Assembly: GCF_018350175.1 (NCBI RefSeq)
Contig: NC_058369.1
Span: forward strand, 22,322,001-22,386,000
From: Felis catus
Taxonomy: Eukaryota
Length of the DNA: 64,000 bases
Direction: 5' to 3'
Positions within the stretch are counted from its first letter, which is position 1. Every line of letters begins with the position of its first letter. A model generated the notes under the pieces. That model did no database searches. It was not told the DNA's origin and worked only from the letters and a program-made list of their open reading frames with translations. The position numbers were made by a program, and so were the translations under genes. This document shows positions 48,339-60,939 of this stretch, one piece after another.

Positions 48339-48467
48339 CTTTGCCCCTTGTTCCCCGCCTCCGTAGCGACTGAGGGGCTTGGCCCCTCTCGGCCCCGGTA
48401 TCTCCCTCCGCGACCCGCCCTCGGACGTCACAGCCCACGGGTGCACACAACGGCGACGGAGGAAGGA

Positions 48468-48486
48468 GGTGGACGGAGCCCATTGG
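48468..48486 (-). promoter_or_regulatory. ERSE-like element CCAAT-N9-CCACC
   Basis: Minus strand CCAAT GGGCTCCGT CCACC, one mismatch to ERSE-I CCAAT-N9-CCACG. Confidence 0.6.
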
Positions 48487-49589
48487 CTGCTGGAAGGGGG
48501 ACGCGCATGACTGGCGGCTTTTTTTTTTTTTTGCTTCGTCACGCCGGCAACTTCCGGTAGAGCGAGGGCTGCCGGTCAGGTAAGCGGAAATGATGTTTGG
48601 GATTTTAACCCGTAAACGCGCGCTTTCCTGTCTCCTTTTGGGTTTGAGCTCTAGGAGCTCGTTTGCCCCGCACGGTGAAGAAAAGCTATGTTCTAGTTGC
48701 TTGATGGGCCCGTGGGTCCAGTTCGGGAATGCGAAGCTGCTCTATGTGCGAAGGCTTGAAGAAACTGCTGGCAGGAGGGGGTTCCTCAGAATATTCCAGA
48801 AGTGTTGGTATTTGAGGGTGTGGAGGGAAGTGCCTTCGGGCTGAGGCGGTGATCAAACCGTAGGGAGCTCTATTGTCGTGTTTTCGGAATGCACAGACAG
48901 GCACCCTCTAGATGTACTCATTCTTTTTAAAACCAGTGTTTCTGCTCTTGGTTCGCCAGAAGTGAATGGAATTGTTAGCTCTTTTTAAGGCAACCGTGAA
49001 AAAAGAAATAGTGTAGCGCGAGACCTTTCTGTTCTTGTTTCTTATTGATGGCGACTGCACGCAAGCATTGTGAACGCGACAGATGTGTAAGAAGTTATTA
49101 GGTGGTCACTGATTAAATGTGGACCGTGTACTGTGTGCCTTGATGGTGGTTTTACTCTGCGCCAGCCAGTGGGCGACTTTCTGTTCCTTGAACGTGGCAA
49201 TCGCATTCCTGTCTCAAGGACTTTGGTACTTCGCTGGCTTTCTAGATGGAGTCCTGATGGCTGTGCCGACCCCCCCCCCCCCTCCAGCCCGCAGTGCTGA
49301 AGCCATGTGTTATCTGGAAAAAGGTTATCATCTCATTTAAAATGAAGCAGAAAATTACATTTTGGAGAAAATCGTATCTTGCATTTAGTAGTTTGGGTTA
49401 AGATTTTAAGTATGTTCTAATATTTAGAACAAATATTTAATGTTGAATTTTTTGGGAGCATCCCCCCCCCCCAAAGTGCATAACAGAACAAGACAACATC
49501 CTTTACTTATTTTGTGATTTTTGCAGCACAATCATGGATTATTTTTGCAGAAAATACTGGAAAGGGTCATTAATTGTACCAAGGACTTT

Positions 49590-49816
49590 TTTTTTTTTAA
49601 ATCTTTTTTTTTTCAACGTTTATTTATTTTTGGGACAGAGAGAGACAGAGCATGAACGGGGGAGGGGCAGAGAGAGAGGGAGACACAGAATCGGAAACAG
49701 GCTCCAGGCTCTGAGCCATCAGCCCAGAGCCCGACGCGGGGCTCGAACTCCCGGACCGCGAGATCGTGACCTGGCTGAAGTCGGACGCTTAACCGACTGC
49801 GCCACCCAGGCGCCCC
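49590..49816 (-). mobile_element. Young SINEC_Fc
   Basis: Near-consensus; TSD GTACCAAGGACTTT. Confidence 0.96.
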
Positions 49817-50592
49817 GTACCAAGGACTTTTTTAACCCGCTATTATCATCTCAACGCGCTCTACTCTCCTTGCGCCTTACCTGAAATCCCAGCTTCCACC
49901 TTTGTCAGCCTTAAGCAGTTTTTCCACACTGCAGCAAGAATGATTTTAAAATGAAAATCCTCATTCCTAGTGATTTCCTATTGCTCTTAAAATGAAATCC
50001 AGTTCCTTTTCATGGTCCTCAGGCCCGTCAGGACCTGTTCACTTGATTCTGTCTTTCAAACTGTTATCTTCTACAATCCCCACCGATGTTATCGCTACCA
50101 ACATTGTACTTTTAGTTTCTTGAGCACCCCAAGTTCTCTTATGCTTCCAAGGCTCTGCACATGCTTTCCCTTCTACCTGGAGCGGTCTTCTGGTGCCTTG
50201 CACATCAGCTGCCTTTATCCCTTAGATCTCAGTTTGTGTCACCACTTCTGAGAGCCTTTCCCTGGCCCCTCATCTCCATGATTGTTCATAGTGCTTAACA
50301 CAATGCAAAATTATTTTATTACCTGAAAATTGATCTTTGTCTCTCTCAAGAAAACATAAGCTCTAAGAGGTCATGAGCCCTACCTGCCTTGTTCCCTTTT
50401 ATCTCTTCAAGGTCTGTCCTAGTCCTTGGTGGATAGTAGGTACACAGATATTTGTTAGTTGGCTGGGGGGGATATCTTTCTGAAAACTTGCCCAGTCACC
50501 AAAGGAGGAAGGGAACTAACATGGGGATCCCCTGAGTACCGGACACTGCTGAGTTATCTCTTCCTTTCTCTTTTTCTGTCTTGATCATTTCT

Positions 50593-50825
50593 TTTTTTTT
50601 TTTTTTTTTTTAAATTTTTTTTCAACGTTTATTTATTTTTTGGGACAGAGAGAGACAGAGCATGAATGGGGGAGGGGCAGAGAGAGAGGGAGACACAGAG
50701 TCGGAAACAGGCTCCAGGCTCTGAGCCATCAGCCCAGAGCCTGACGCGGGGCTCGAACTCCCGGACCGCGAGATCGTGACCTGGCTGAAGTCGGACGCTT
50801 AACCGACTGCGCCACCCAGGCGCCC
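50593..50825 (-). mobile_element. Young SINEC_Fc
   Basis: Near-consensus; TSD CTGTCTTGATCATTTCT. Confidence 0.96.
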
Positions 50826-51289
50826 TGTCTTGATCATTTCTAAATGAGATATAATGCAGTGATTTCCTAATGAACTATCTCTAGCCTGTCACTCCATTTC
50901 ATGGTATACATAGCTGCCAGTTTAATCCAACCTAGCTTCTTTCCTGCTCACTACTTTCGCTTTCTCTCCTCCCTACCACCTAACAAATAATACCCAGACT
51001 CCCTGGTCTGGCACTGAGGGATTCCCTGATATATCTCACATTAATCTCCCTGACTTCTAATTCCCTGACAGACCCCTTGTTTTCCTGTCCTGTTGCTTCT
51101 ACTCATCTGTTTCCTCTGAATGGAAATGTTTCCCACCTCGTAAAATCTAATCTATCCTTCAAAGCCAGGTATGTTGCTATCAAGTGAAATAATGAATGTG
51201 AAAGGACTTTGCAAATTGGAAAAAAGAGTGTAATTAGTAGCATGGTGGTTGGGGGACAAAGAAACCATTCCCTTTGTTTCCCTAACCTT

Positions 51290-51623
51290 CAGTGTCTAGA
51301 ACTGCAGGTTAACTACTAGCCACATGTGACTGTTGAGCAGTTGAAATGTGGTTAGTTTGAATTGATACGTGCTCTGCGCACAAAATACACACTAGGTTAC
51401 AAGGACTTAAAATAAAAAAACAAAAGGATGTGAAGTATCTCAATTTTTTATATTGATTACACATTGAAATTATAATATTTTGAATATTGGACTACATAAA
51501 ATATTTTATTAAAAATACGTTTAACAATTTCTTTTTACTTTTTTAATGTGACTGCCAGAAAATTTTAAATTATATACTTGGCTTATATTTATAGTTCATG
51601 TTACATTTCTGTTGGATACTGCT
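51290..51623. mobile_element. MER33/MER3-like hAT-Charlie relic
   Basis: ACTAGCCACATGTGACTGTTGAGCAGTTGAAATGTGG..AAAATACACAC..; ends TTTCTGTTGGATACTGCTG. Confidence 0.7.
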
Positions 51624-52804
51624 GGTCCAGAATGAAGACATTGGCCTGGCACAGAAAAGGCACTGAGTAAATATTTGTTGAATGGATGAATGAATGAATG
51701 GTCTTAATAATGACTAGTATTTTAGTATATGTGCTGCCAACATCAGCACAATAGTGAATAGTGACATATAGTAAACTACACAGAGTTTACTATATGTCAG
51801 GCACTGTTCTAAACACTTTCTATTTCTTAGTTTATTTAATCCTTACAAGAAAAAGAATAATAGCTAACATTTATATAGCACTCACCCTGTGCCACGCAAT
51901 ATCCTAAGTGCTTTTCATGTATTAGTTCATTTAAACTTCAACCTTACTAAGTGGGCTCCACTATTATTCCCATTTATAGATGGGGAAACTGAGTCATAAA
52001 TAGCTCAAATGACACAGCTAGTTATGAAACAGAGCAGAGATTAAGACCAAGTCTGGCTCTATAGTTTGTGCTTTTGACTCCTGTACTATACTGCCTCTCC
52101 ACACAATAACAGTTATTAAAACAGTAGTCCTCAGCATAGAATGGGAAGTGGTTTCTGAAGATTGTATCTCAGTTTTCTCAGTTGCAAAATAGCTTCCCCC
52201 AGTTTTTTCTTTTCTAGACATCCTGTGCATTAAATTCCCCTAAGCAGCCAAGTTAATTACCTTCCCGTCTCTACATCAATCCCTTGGCCAGAGGGATGGG
52301 CTGTTCTGAAAGACAGCTACCTCGAGCTGGAGTCAATCTCACCTAAACCTCATGGTTTGAGAGCTGAAGAGGGGTAGTGTTTACCACAAGATAGTGAAGG
52401 GATATGGGTTCCATCAAAACAATAACATGCCCTCAATTCTGCCTTTAGGGAATGTGGAAAACACTTGGCATTTATATTCTTTATTAACCTTTTCTGTGTT
52501 TGTTCTTACAGTTACTGCCTTGTATTCTTTATTGCATTCGGGCTCAGAAATCTTAGCCCTTTAATTGTCTCATTTTTTTGACTCATCATTAAAAGCAGAT
52601 TTTTAATATTTTTAGACTTGTATTCTCTGGTACAAAAAGATTATTGCTTTCCAAGCCTTATCTCTAGATCCCTGAAAATGGAGTGAAGAAATAGAAATGT
52701 ACATTCTATTACTATGTTTATAAGTCTTAACACCGATTTTTATATTTGGAAAAATTAGAAGTATAGATATGTACCCACTGATTTTAAGGAACATATGATT
52801 TATT

Positions 52805-53023
52805 ATTTTTTTTTTAAAGTTTATTTTGAGAGAGAAAAAGAAAGCATGCATGCGTGCAAGTGAAGAGGAAGGGACAGAGAGAAAGGAAGAGAGAGAATCC
52901 CAAGCAGGCTCTGCACTGTCAGTGTAGAGCCCAACGTGGGGCTCAAACTCACAAATTGTGAGACTGTGACCTGAGCTGAAATCAAGAGTCTGACGCTCAA
53001 CTGACTGAGCCACCCGTCACCCC
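52805..53023 (-). mobile_element. Can-SINE
   Basis: Reverse body; TSD ATGATTTATTATT. Confidence 0.88.
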
Positions 53024-54987
53024 ATGATTTATTATTCTTATTCACTAAATGGTTCAGAGCAGAGGATTTAATAGTCTTTAGATATATTTTTGTTTTAATG
53101 TGATACCTGAGCATAATATAAGAAATCAAAAGATACATATGGGTATGCCATGAAGAATAAGTCTCCTTACTTCCCCCATAACTCGAGATGCTAAATTTTG
53201 ATCCTCTAACTTCGTGAGGCTGTCGTAAGCACTGCTTGGCAAATTCCTCTTGGGCAGTAGTAACCTTCATGACAGACTCACCTCTCTTTAAGTTCTATCT
53301 TCTCTTGGATCTTTATCAAGCAATTTCTCACTCGTTAGCTCTCTGATATTTTGAAAAAAATTATTTCTCATTGTTTTGGTCAAATTCTTTTTAGTTGTCC
53401 TCTGAAGGAAAGTTAGTACAAACTACTTAATCCTCCATAGCAGAAGTGGAAGTTGATGCATTTATTTAACAAAATCAGAGTGAGGAGTTAGGTTAAGTCT
53501 CTGCCTTTGACTTTAAAAATTCTGTTATGTATGTATAAATAAATTTTCTACAGCTGCTTTCCTAATAAAGTCAAAACACATTATTACTTGTGAGCAGAAT
53601 CATTTTACACAGCAAATTAAAATGTGTGGGTGATTAAAAAATTATTTTGCCAATAAACATTCTGCTTTTAATCTTTCTACTACCAAAGAGATGAATAAAA
53701 CCTTACTTGGGCTTGACATTCTTGGTTCCTTCAATGATGGGTTCATTGAAAATGGGTTTATAGTCTCTTAGGGGCAAGTTCTTTATGACCCAGTGATGGG
53801 TGTTCCTTTGAAAGACTGCTAACCAGGTTCAAAAGGATACCATGAAGGAGATCACTGTCACCTCAACTCGCTGGCTAAACAGGCTATTGCTGATGCCTCC
53901 CCAATCACTTCATTTTTCCTTACTAATTGTATAACACGGCAGCTTGGTTAACATCACCCAAAGTCAAATATGGTTCTTAACTTCACGAAATCATCTTTCA
54001 CAATTATCAGTCATTCCTCTCTTTTGCTTTGAAACCCTAACTTGTTTTTGATGGGAAGTATGAAACAGAGACTCTGAAAATGGAATCTGGCAACTGAAGA
54101 AGTGTTGCTTGATATTATTTTCTCGTTTCATCTTGAACGCATTTAGCTACTCCTTAGTGGCACCCAGTCTTTCACGTTCAGACTGAGACATTTCACAAGT
54201 GCGTTGGAGACCATATGCCCAGAAAAGTGGAGAAGCAAGTGGAAATGGATGGAGTCACCTTGGGTTGCTGACCTGTTTGATCTCTCCGGTTCCTGTGCTG
54301 GCTGGCATGAGGACGGAGCAGATGTAGAGGCTGCCAACGGGGCTGGCACACGAGACAGAAGGGCTGGTGCTCAGGCTTACCGCTGCAGCAGAGAGGGCAG
54401 CATCGACACATCACACGGGGACTTAGTAGGCTGAGCAGGTACAGGTGAGTTCAACCTTGGGACTGTTGCTGCTGAAGAAAACCACCCAGAGGACTCTAGT
54501 CATTTCATTGGAGTCACTACTTTTAGAAATGTAAAATTCCAAAGGAAGCATGCTAAACTACCCTTCCCATCGTAAGCTTTGAAAATGTTCATATCCGTGA
54601 CCCGGTGTTTCCATTTCTAGAATTCCTAAAGAAACAATGAGAGTTCGAACGAATTTATGTGCGAGGATATTTACCCCATGTTATTTGGAATGAAGAAAAT
54701 GGTCACCATATAACTGGCTAAATTTTAGAATATAATAGCATATTATACTTGAATGGGAAACGATAAGTGGAAAAAAACAAAGCAGTATGTATAGTATATC
54801 AGTGCAAAAAAAAAGATGCATGTATATGGAAATACACTAAACGTGGATTATGAGAGCTATAATTTTTCCTTTTTGCTTTTCTATAGTTCTTGAATTTTCT
54901 ATGATAAATTTGTGTTCCTTTTGTTATTAGAAATATAAATAATATCAAATAGCAATAAAAATCAGTTAAGATATCTATAATTTTTAA

Positions 54988-55199
54988 TTTTTTTTTCAAC
55001 ATTTATTTATTTTTGGGACAGAGAGAGACAGAGCATGAACGGGCGAGGGGCAGAGAAAGAGGGAGACACAGAATCGGAAACAGGCTCCAGGCTCTGAGCC
55101 ATCAGCCCAGAGCCCGACGCGGGGCTCGAACTCACGGACCGCGAGATCGTGACCTGGCCGAAGTCGGACGCTTAACCGACTGCGCCACCCAGGCGCCCC
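54988..55199 (-). mobile_element. Young SINEC_Fc
   Basis: Near-consensus; TSD TATCTATAATTTTTAA. Confidence 0.96.
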
Positions 55200-55525
55200 T
55201 ATCTATAATTTTTAAAAGTTACATTTGTTAGAAACTGAGGGTTCATCTTTAGTTTCATGTAATGGTTTGAGCAATTGTTAAAAAATTGCCCCAAAATATT
55301 TCTTTCTAGCAGAAGTGATAGAAAATTAAAAACTAAAGGATTTGCACAGGTAGTTGTTAACATTTGGATACAACTTAAAGGCCATTGTATCTAATAAAGT
55401 TATGTTTGCTGTGCCCACTTGCTCTAATACACAAAGTCATTGTATAATAACACATGATACATATGAAAGTATACACATGCAATAGATCCCCAGCAATTAA
55501 TTTCCAAAGGACCACAAAGGACCAA

Positions 55526-55750
55526 AGAATTTTCAAAGGGCCCATAAGAGCTGGGTTCAGAGAGCACCAACTGCGATTACAGGGGACCATAGATAAGAAG
55601 TTTCCTGGTCCTCTTTGCATCCCCTCCCATCCCTGGAGGAGTCTGAAACCACAGTAAGCCAGCTCCAGAAGGTGAAGGAGAAAGTTGGGCTGGAGGCAAG
55701 AAGAGGGAACCACCTAGTCATAGACACTTCCTGCCTTCAGCAGGCCTCAC
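55526..55750 (+). repeat. Left arm of ~225-bp inverted repeat
   Basis: Reverse complement of 57289-57515, with an exact 33-nt block 55633-55665. Confidence 0.9.
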
Positions 55751-57288
55751 GAGTTAGTCAATGTTTTTTGGTTTTCCCTAAGTAGGAATAGAGTCTGGTA
55801 AGAATCAAGTAAACATAGTTTAAAATTCCTTGCTAGTCAGCTCAGAATAATCCCAAAAGCTGATCAAAATGCAGACTCACATGTTCATATTTTGTGAATG
55901 ATCCATTGGCAACGTTACTGAACAAAAACATTCATTTTAAACATGACTTTTCAGAGTCCTGTCATACAATTCAATTAAAAAAAATTGTTTGAAGCATTAA
56001 AATAGGGCTATGGACCTTAATAGATCTTTAGCCCTTCTTTGGGGTAGCTGATTGTTGACAGTAAAATCATCTTACCAGTGTTTGGACCATGATGAAAAGA
56101 AATAAACCGTGAATCAAGAAAATTTATGGAATTTGATATGAAGGCAAGTAACTTTGAAGCAAGAAAATAAATCCTCAAAAACAAAAGAACAAAAACTCAA
56201 AAGGTTGTATGGGTGTTCGATCTAACATCCTTTCCTTTAATAGAATTTAGATGCTACAAAAAATACACTGCAGCAACTTTCTTACTTTTGGGGGAATAAA
56301 TTAGAATCCAACTCAATGATTTTTGCCTCCTAACTTGAAGGCACTCTCTGGAAATAGCATGCAGGAGTTGACCCTGAAAATAAGTTCTTTTCAATATGTA
56401 TACAGTAAAATGCAAGATTTAAGCCGCTTTCTAAAACAGAGTGGAGATGAACTGCAGAGACCCGGGGTTATGCCTGTGTTCCACAAAGGCCGGAGAAATC
56501 CTGGAATATCTGTCCGCATAGTGCCCACCAAATGTGCCCTGGCACATCCTCTATAGGCAATTTGTTTTCTTTAGTTCTCTCTCAAGCAGTATTTCAGCTT
56601 TCGGGATAAAGAAATTGCTTTTGAAATTTAAGACTCGTCATGATGGAAATGGTTTTCTTCGATCCTCCGCACGATGTGAGGCCTATTTCAGAGCTTGTCT
56701 GGTTTTATGCTCTAAGGCAGGAAGAAAAAAAAAGACCTTTGGATGCTCTATGGTATTCTCTTTTCTGTCCTTTTTAATGAGCTATAGATTTCCAGAGAGA
56801 TCCTCCCCCAAAATTCTGGACACTACTTTTTGCTGTAGATCTTAAAGATTTACTAAATTGTTCAATCACCTGTAGTATGAATTCAGTTTAACTTGATAAA
56901 ACATTTATTAAGCTCTTATAAGTCATCATGCTAAGCAATGATGATAATAGCAAGGTAATAATAATAGTAATAATAGCTAATAGGTAATTATTTACTTAGT
57001 GCTTATTACATGCCAGGTACTGTTCTAAGCACTTTGCATACGTAAATGCTTTGCAATATCATATTGAGTAAGCCAGAACTATGGGTTCTGATAATGATTT
57101 TATTTTTGTCTCCACTACTCCCTTACATTTTGTTCGGGGGGGGGGGGGTGCTAAATGAAAATTTGGGCAAGTCCCATGACTTCTCTGGTCTCTCATAGGT
57201 CAGACTATCTAATAAGAAAAATGTCCATTCTTAAGTAATGGTAAAACTCCTGATCTTGATTGAAAATTGAGGCTTTTCCCTTCCCCAG

Positions 57289-57515
57289 GTGAGGCTTGCT
57301 ATGGGCAGGAGGTATCTATGACTAGATGGTTCCCTCTTCTTGGCCACTAGCCCAGGTTTTCCCTCCACCTCCTAGAGCTGGCTTACTGTGGTTTCAGACT
57401 CCTCCAGACATGGGAGGGGAGGGAAAGAGAACCAGAAAACTTCTTACCTTTGGCCCTTCATAATCTTGACTTGGTGCTCTCTGAACCCAACTTTTGTGGG
57501 TCCTTTGGAAGTTCT
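57289..57515 (-). repeat. Right arm of ~225-bp inverted repeat
   Basis: 57375-57407 is the exact reverse complement of 55633-55665. Confidence 0.9.
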
Positions 57516-58952
57516 CTCAATTTATATGGAATGTGTCACGAACAGCTCCCTTGATAGACCAGAAGCATCTCTACTGTTCTTGGATTGCTCACAGATCATT
57601 CTTCTGTTTCTGGTCATCCACATTTTACCTTCAGCCTTTTCTGCTGATGTCCCTGTACCTGCCAGGCTGCCGGGTCAACACAATCCCAGGTCCCTCCCAC
57701 ATCCTTTGCCTGACAAATTTTGGGAGAGCCCACCAAGTCCAACATGATAGCAGCAGTGTCTTCAGTCTTGCCTTTAAGGCAGTGATCCAGACCATTCCTC
57801 ACCTTTTAGGTTTTCTAGGCAGGAAGCAGACACCAGCCTTGTGTGTCTTTGTCATATGGGATATTACTTTGATGCAGCAGTAACTTCTAGTACATTACCT
57901 GGCAAGCTATCCCAGAGGTTACAGAATAGAATCACTCATAGACAAAAATAGGATGCTCAAATGGCATGATTCATTCAATCAATTTAAAACACACAATGAG
58001 GAACAAAGAGAAACAAATGGGTAGGTTTACCACACCTTAGGGTAGTATACAAGCGGAGTTGAAGGGCTACACTATCTGAATCCTTTGTTTGTCATTGTTT
58101 GTATGTCCCCTCTCATCCCTGACCCCTTGCCACATCAGTTTCCCCATTGACGGTGTGGTTATAAGAACCAGATCTGAAAATGAGCAAAGGGGCTCAGCAT
58201 ATAGAAGATGTTTAGAGCCAACATGCTTACTCTGTCAGAGACCCAGTTAGCCTGTTGAGCAGCAATGGTTTGTTTTGTTTTGCTTTGCTTTGCCCTGTTT
58301 TGTGTCAGGAATGGGTTTTATGTGCCTATCTTGGGAAGAGCACAGTGGGACCATAAAGGGTATCACAGGTGGATGAGTGATTTAGAGATAAAGTAGTTGT
58401 CAGTCTGGAGGTGGCACGGTCCATTACCTACCTTATGACTTTGTCTTTCCATCCTTTTCTATCCATAAGGCACACTCTCATTTATTCCATTAAAAAAATG
58501 GTATGATCTATTATTCTCGTTATCTTTAACACACCTTAGATGTTACTAACAGACTATCTTTTAACATCCACACTATTTGTTCTTCTTGTCTTCTGTCACA
58601 GAGTTGCATAGTTTAAATGTAATAAGCACACATAAAATTCCTTCTAAAACTTAGGAGTACATATTCCTCTTTATAGTGGTTTCCTTAAAGCCTCCCTCTC
58701 ATGACTAAGATGAAAGTAGTGAAGCTGTCTACCCATTCTCCTTGGGGTGGGAATCATAGAATAATTATCTCCAGAGAAATTTACTTAAAAATTTTTTCTT
58801 CAGTCTCTGCCCTTGAACCCTTTCATATTCCATGTGGAGAGGGCTTAGGAGTTCAGAAACTAGTTTTCAGACACATTCAGGGTGGTATGGCTGGCGGCTG
58901 GCTGTAGACAAGGAGCTGGTTTTCAAATGACTACCTTGAAAAGATTCATCTC

Positions 58953-59106
58953 AGGGTACCTGGTGGCTCAGTTGGTTAAGAGACTGGATCTTGATTTTGG
59001 CTCAGTCATGACCTCATTGTTCATGAGATTAAGCCCCATATTGGGCTCTGCACTGACAGAGGAGCCTGCTTGTGATTCTCTCTCTCTGCCCCTCCCCTGC
59101 TCATGC

Positions 59107-59138
<32 letters not shown>

Positions 59139-59400
59139 AAAAAAAAAAAAAAAAACCCACAAAACCACCTTTAATAAAAAAAAAAAAAGATACGAGTGCC
59201 TGGGTGGTGCAGTCAGTTAAGCATCTGGCTATTGCTTTCAGCTCAGGTCATGATGTCATTATTTGCCAGATAGATCCCCACATCAGGCTCCGTGCTGACA
59301 GTGCAAAGCGTGCTTGGGATTCTCTCTCTCCCTTTCTCTGACCCTCCCCTGCTCACTAGCTCTCTCTCTCAAAAATAAATAAACATTAAAAAAATTGTTT
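58953..59400 (+). mobile_element. Two tandem Can-SINEs (~58953-59190 and ~59194-59400)
   Basis: Two heads, CT tracts and A tails. Confidence 0.85.
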
Positions 59401-59839
59401 TAAAAAGATACATCTTGCTCTAGTTCTTTTTTCAAAATGTTGTATCTATTTTATCCAGACCCTGCAGTCAAGATTTCCATTTTAACACCCTGTTACACGT
59501 GTATGACTTCAGTGAATCCTCCCAATGGCTCTATAAAGTTGGAATGATTGTCATCCCCATTTCATAGAAGAGGAAACTGAGGCCTAGAGAGATTTAGTAA
59601 TCTGTGCACAGCTAGTAAGTGGTAGAGCTGAGATTGGAACTCAGGCAGTCTGGCTGCAGAGTCTGTGACTAAGGAACTTCCCTTCTCCTCAAGGAAAAGG
59701 GGGATTGATGAAAGCACAACTCACTAATGTAAGACTGAGGAAGGTCGAGCGCCATAAGAGAATCACACACTAAGTGCCCCTGGGATGTGGAAGAGGGAGA
59801 GTACGTGTTACCTGGTGGGAAGCAGAGAAGGATTCCTGA

Positions 59840-60040
59840 GGGTCACCTGGGGGACTCAGTCGGTTGAGTGTGGAACTCTTGATTTCAGCTCATATCGTGA
59901 GCCCAGGGTTGTGGGATCAAACCCTGTGTTGGGTTCCACGCTGGGTGTGGAGTTTGCTTAGGATTCTTTCTCTTTCTCTGTCTGCCCCTCTCCCTTGCTC
60001 TCTCTCCCTCTCTAAAGTAAAACAAAGTAAAAAAGAAAAG
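59840..60040 (+). mobile_element. Older Can-SINE
   Basis: TSD AAGGATTCCTGAG. Confidence 0.82.
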
Positions 60041-60085
60041 GATTCCTGAGAAGTGACGGTTGAAGTGTAACATAGAGAGTATCCT

Positions 60086-60318
60086 GGGGCGCCTGGGTGG
60101 TCAGTTGGTTGAGCCTCAGACTTCAGCTCAGGTCATGATCTCGCAGTCTGTGAGTTCGAGCCTCACATTGGCCTCTGTGCTGACGGCTAGGAGCCTGGAG
60201 CCTGCTTCGGATTCTGTGTCTCCCTCTCTCTCTGCCACTCCCCTGCTCGTGCTCTGTCTCTTTCTCTCTCTCAAAAATAAATAAAAATGTTTTAAAAAAT
60301 TGAAAAAAAAAAAAAAAG
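60086..60318 (+). mobile_element. Can-SINE
   Basis: Full length with A tail. Confidence 0.92.
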
Positions 60319-60476
60319 AGGATCCTGAGAGGAGCAGTAGGAGCTAGAAATGAAATGAAGGATGCATGAAATTGCATCTACCACTCAGAAGTCCTTCCAC
60401 TTTAACCAGATCTCCAAGTGATCACATGTCTTAAACCTAGTAAGACTTATATGATGAGATGAAGTTGAATTGGCTG

Positions 60477-60603
60477 TTTTTTCAAAGTTTTTATTTAAAC
60501 TCCAGTTAGTTAACCTACAATGTAATATTAGTTTCAGGCGTACAATACAGCGATCCAGAACTTCCATACAACACCCAGTGCTCATCACAAGTGCCCTCCT
60601 TAA
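60477..60603 (-). mobile_element. Short 5'-truncated carnivore L1 3' end
   Basis: CCATACAACACCCAGTGCTCATCACAAGTGCCCTCCTTAAT; TSD TTGAATTG(G/A)CT. Confidence 0.8.
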
Positions 60604-60939
60604 TTGAATTGACTTTTTTTAAGCATCTGATTTCCAAGTTTTCTCTTATGAAAGACAAGTACTTTGTCATTGATGTAGCTTTGCCGGCTACCTGCTGAAG
60701 CCTAGCTGGTAGACTGTCACATTACAAATGTTCTAATTGGCATCAAATCTTACATAAGGTATTCTCCTGTCTCTTTTGAACGCTTTGTAGATGGGAGAAA
60801 TGTTATATGTTAAACCATTTTTCTTCTTCAGAACCAACTGTCTAGCTGCACTGTACATTGATTAAACTCAAGTTTATTGATTATTGTTCATTGTCATCTC
60901 CCATTGTCAACAAGGTTTTGAAGCAGACTAAGGCAGGAA

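Larger units (their letters stand above)
47900..48750. promoter_or_regulatory. SELENOK CpG-island promoter
   Basis: CpG-rich; CCAAT box, TGACGTC (48424-48430), ETS CTTCCGG (48551-48557). Confidence 0.85.

Noticed and set aside
54204..54434. GADVEAAN ankyrin-like motif in a 76-aa ORF
   Set aside because: No TPLH or flanking ankyrin pattern and a non-ATG start; likely chance
49534..55231. Recurring ORFs with [19 protein letters not shown] / [12 protein letters not shown]
   Set aside because: Translations of Can-SINE consensus, not genes
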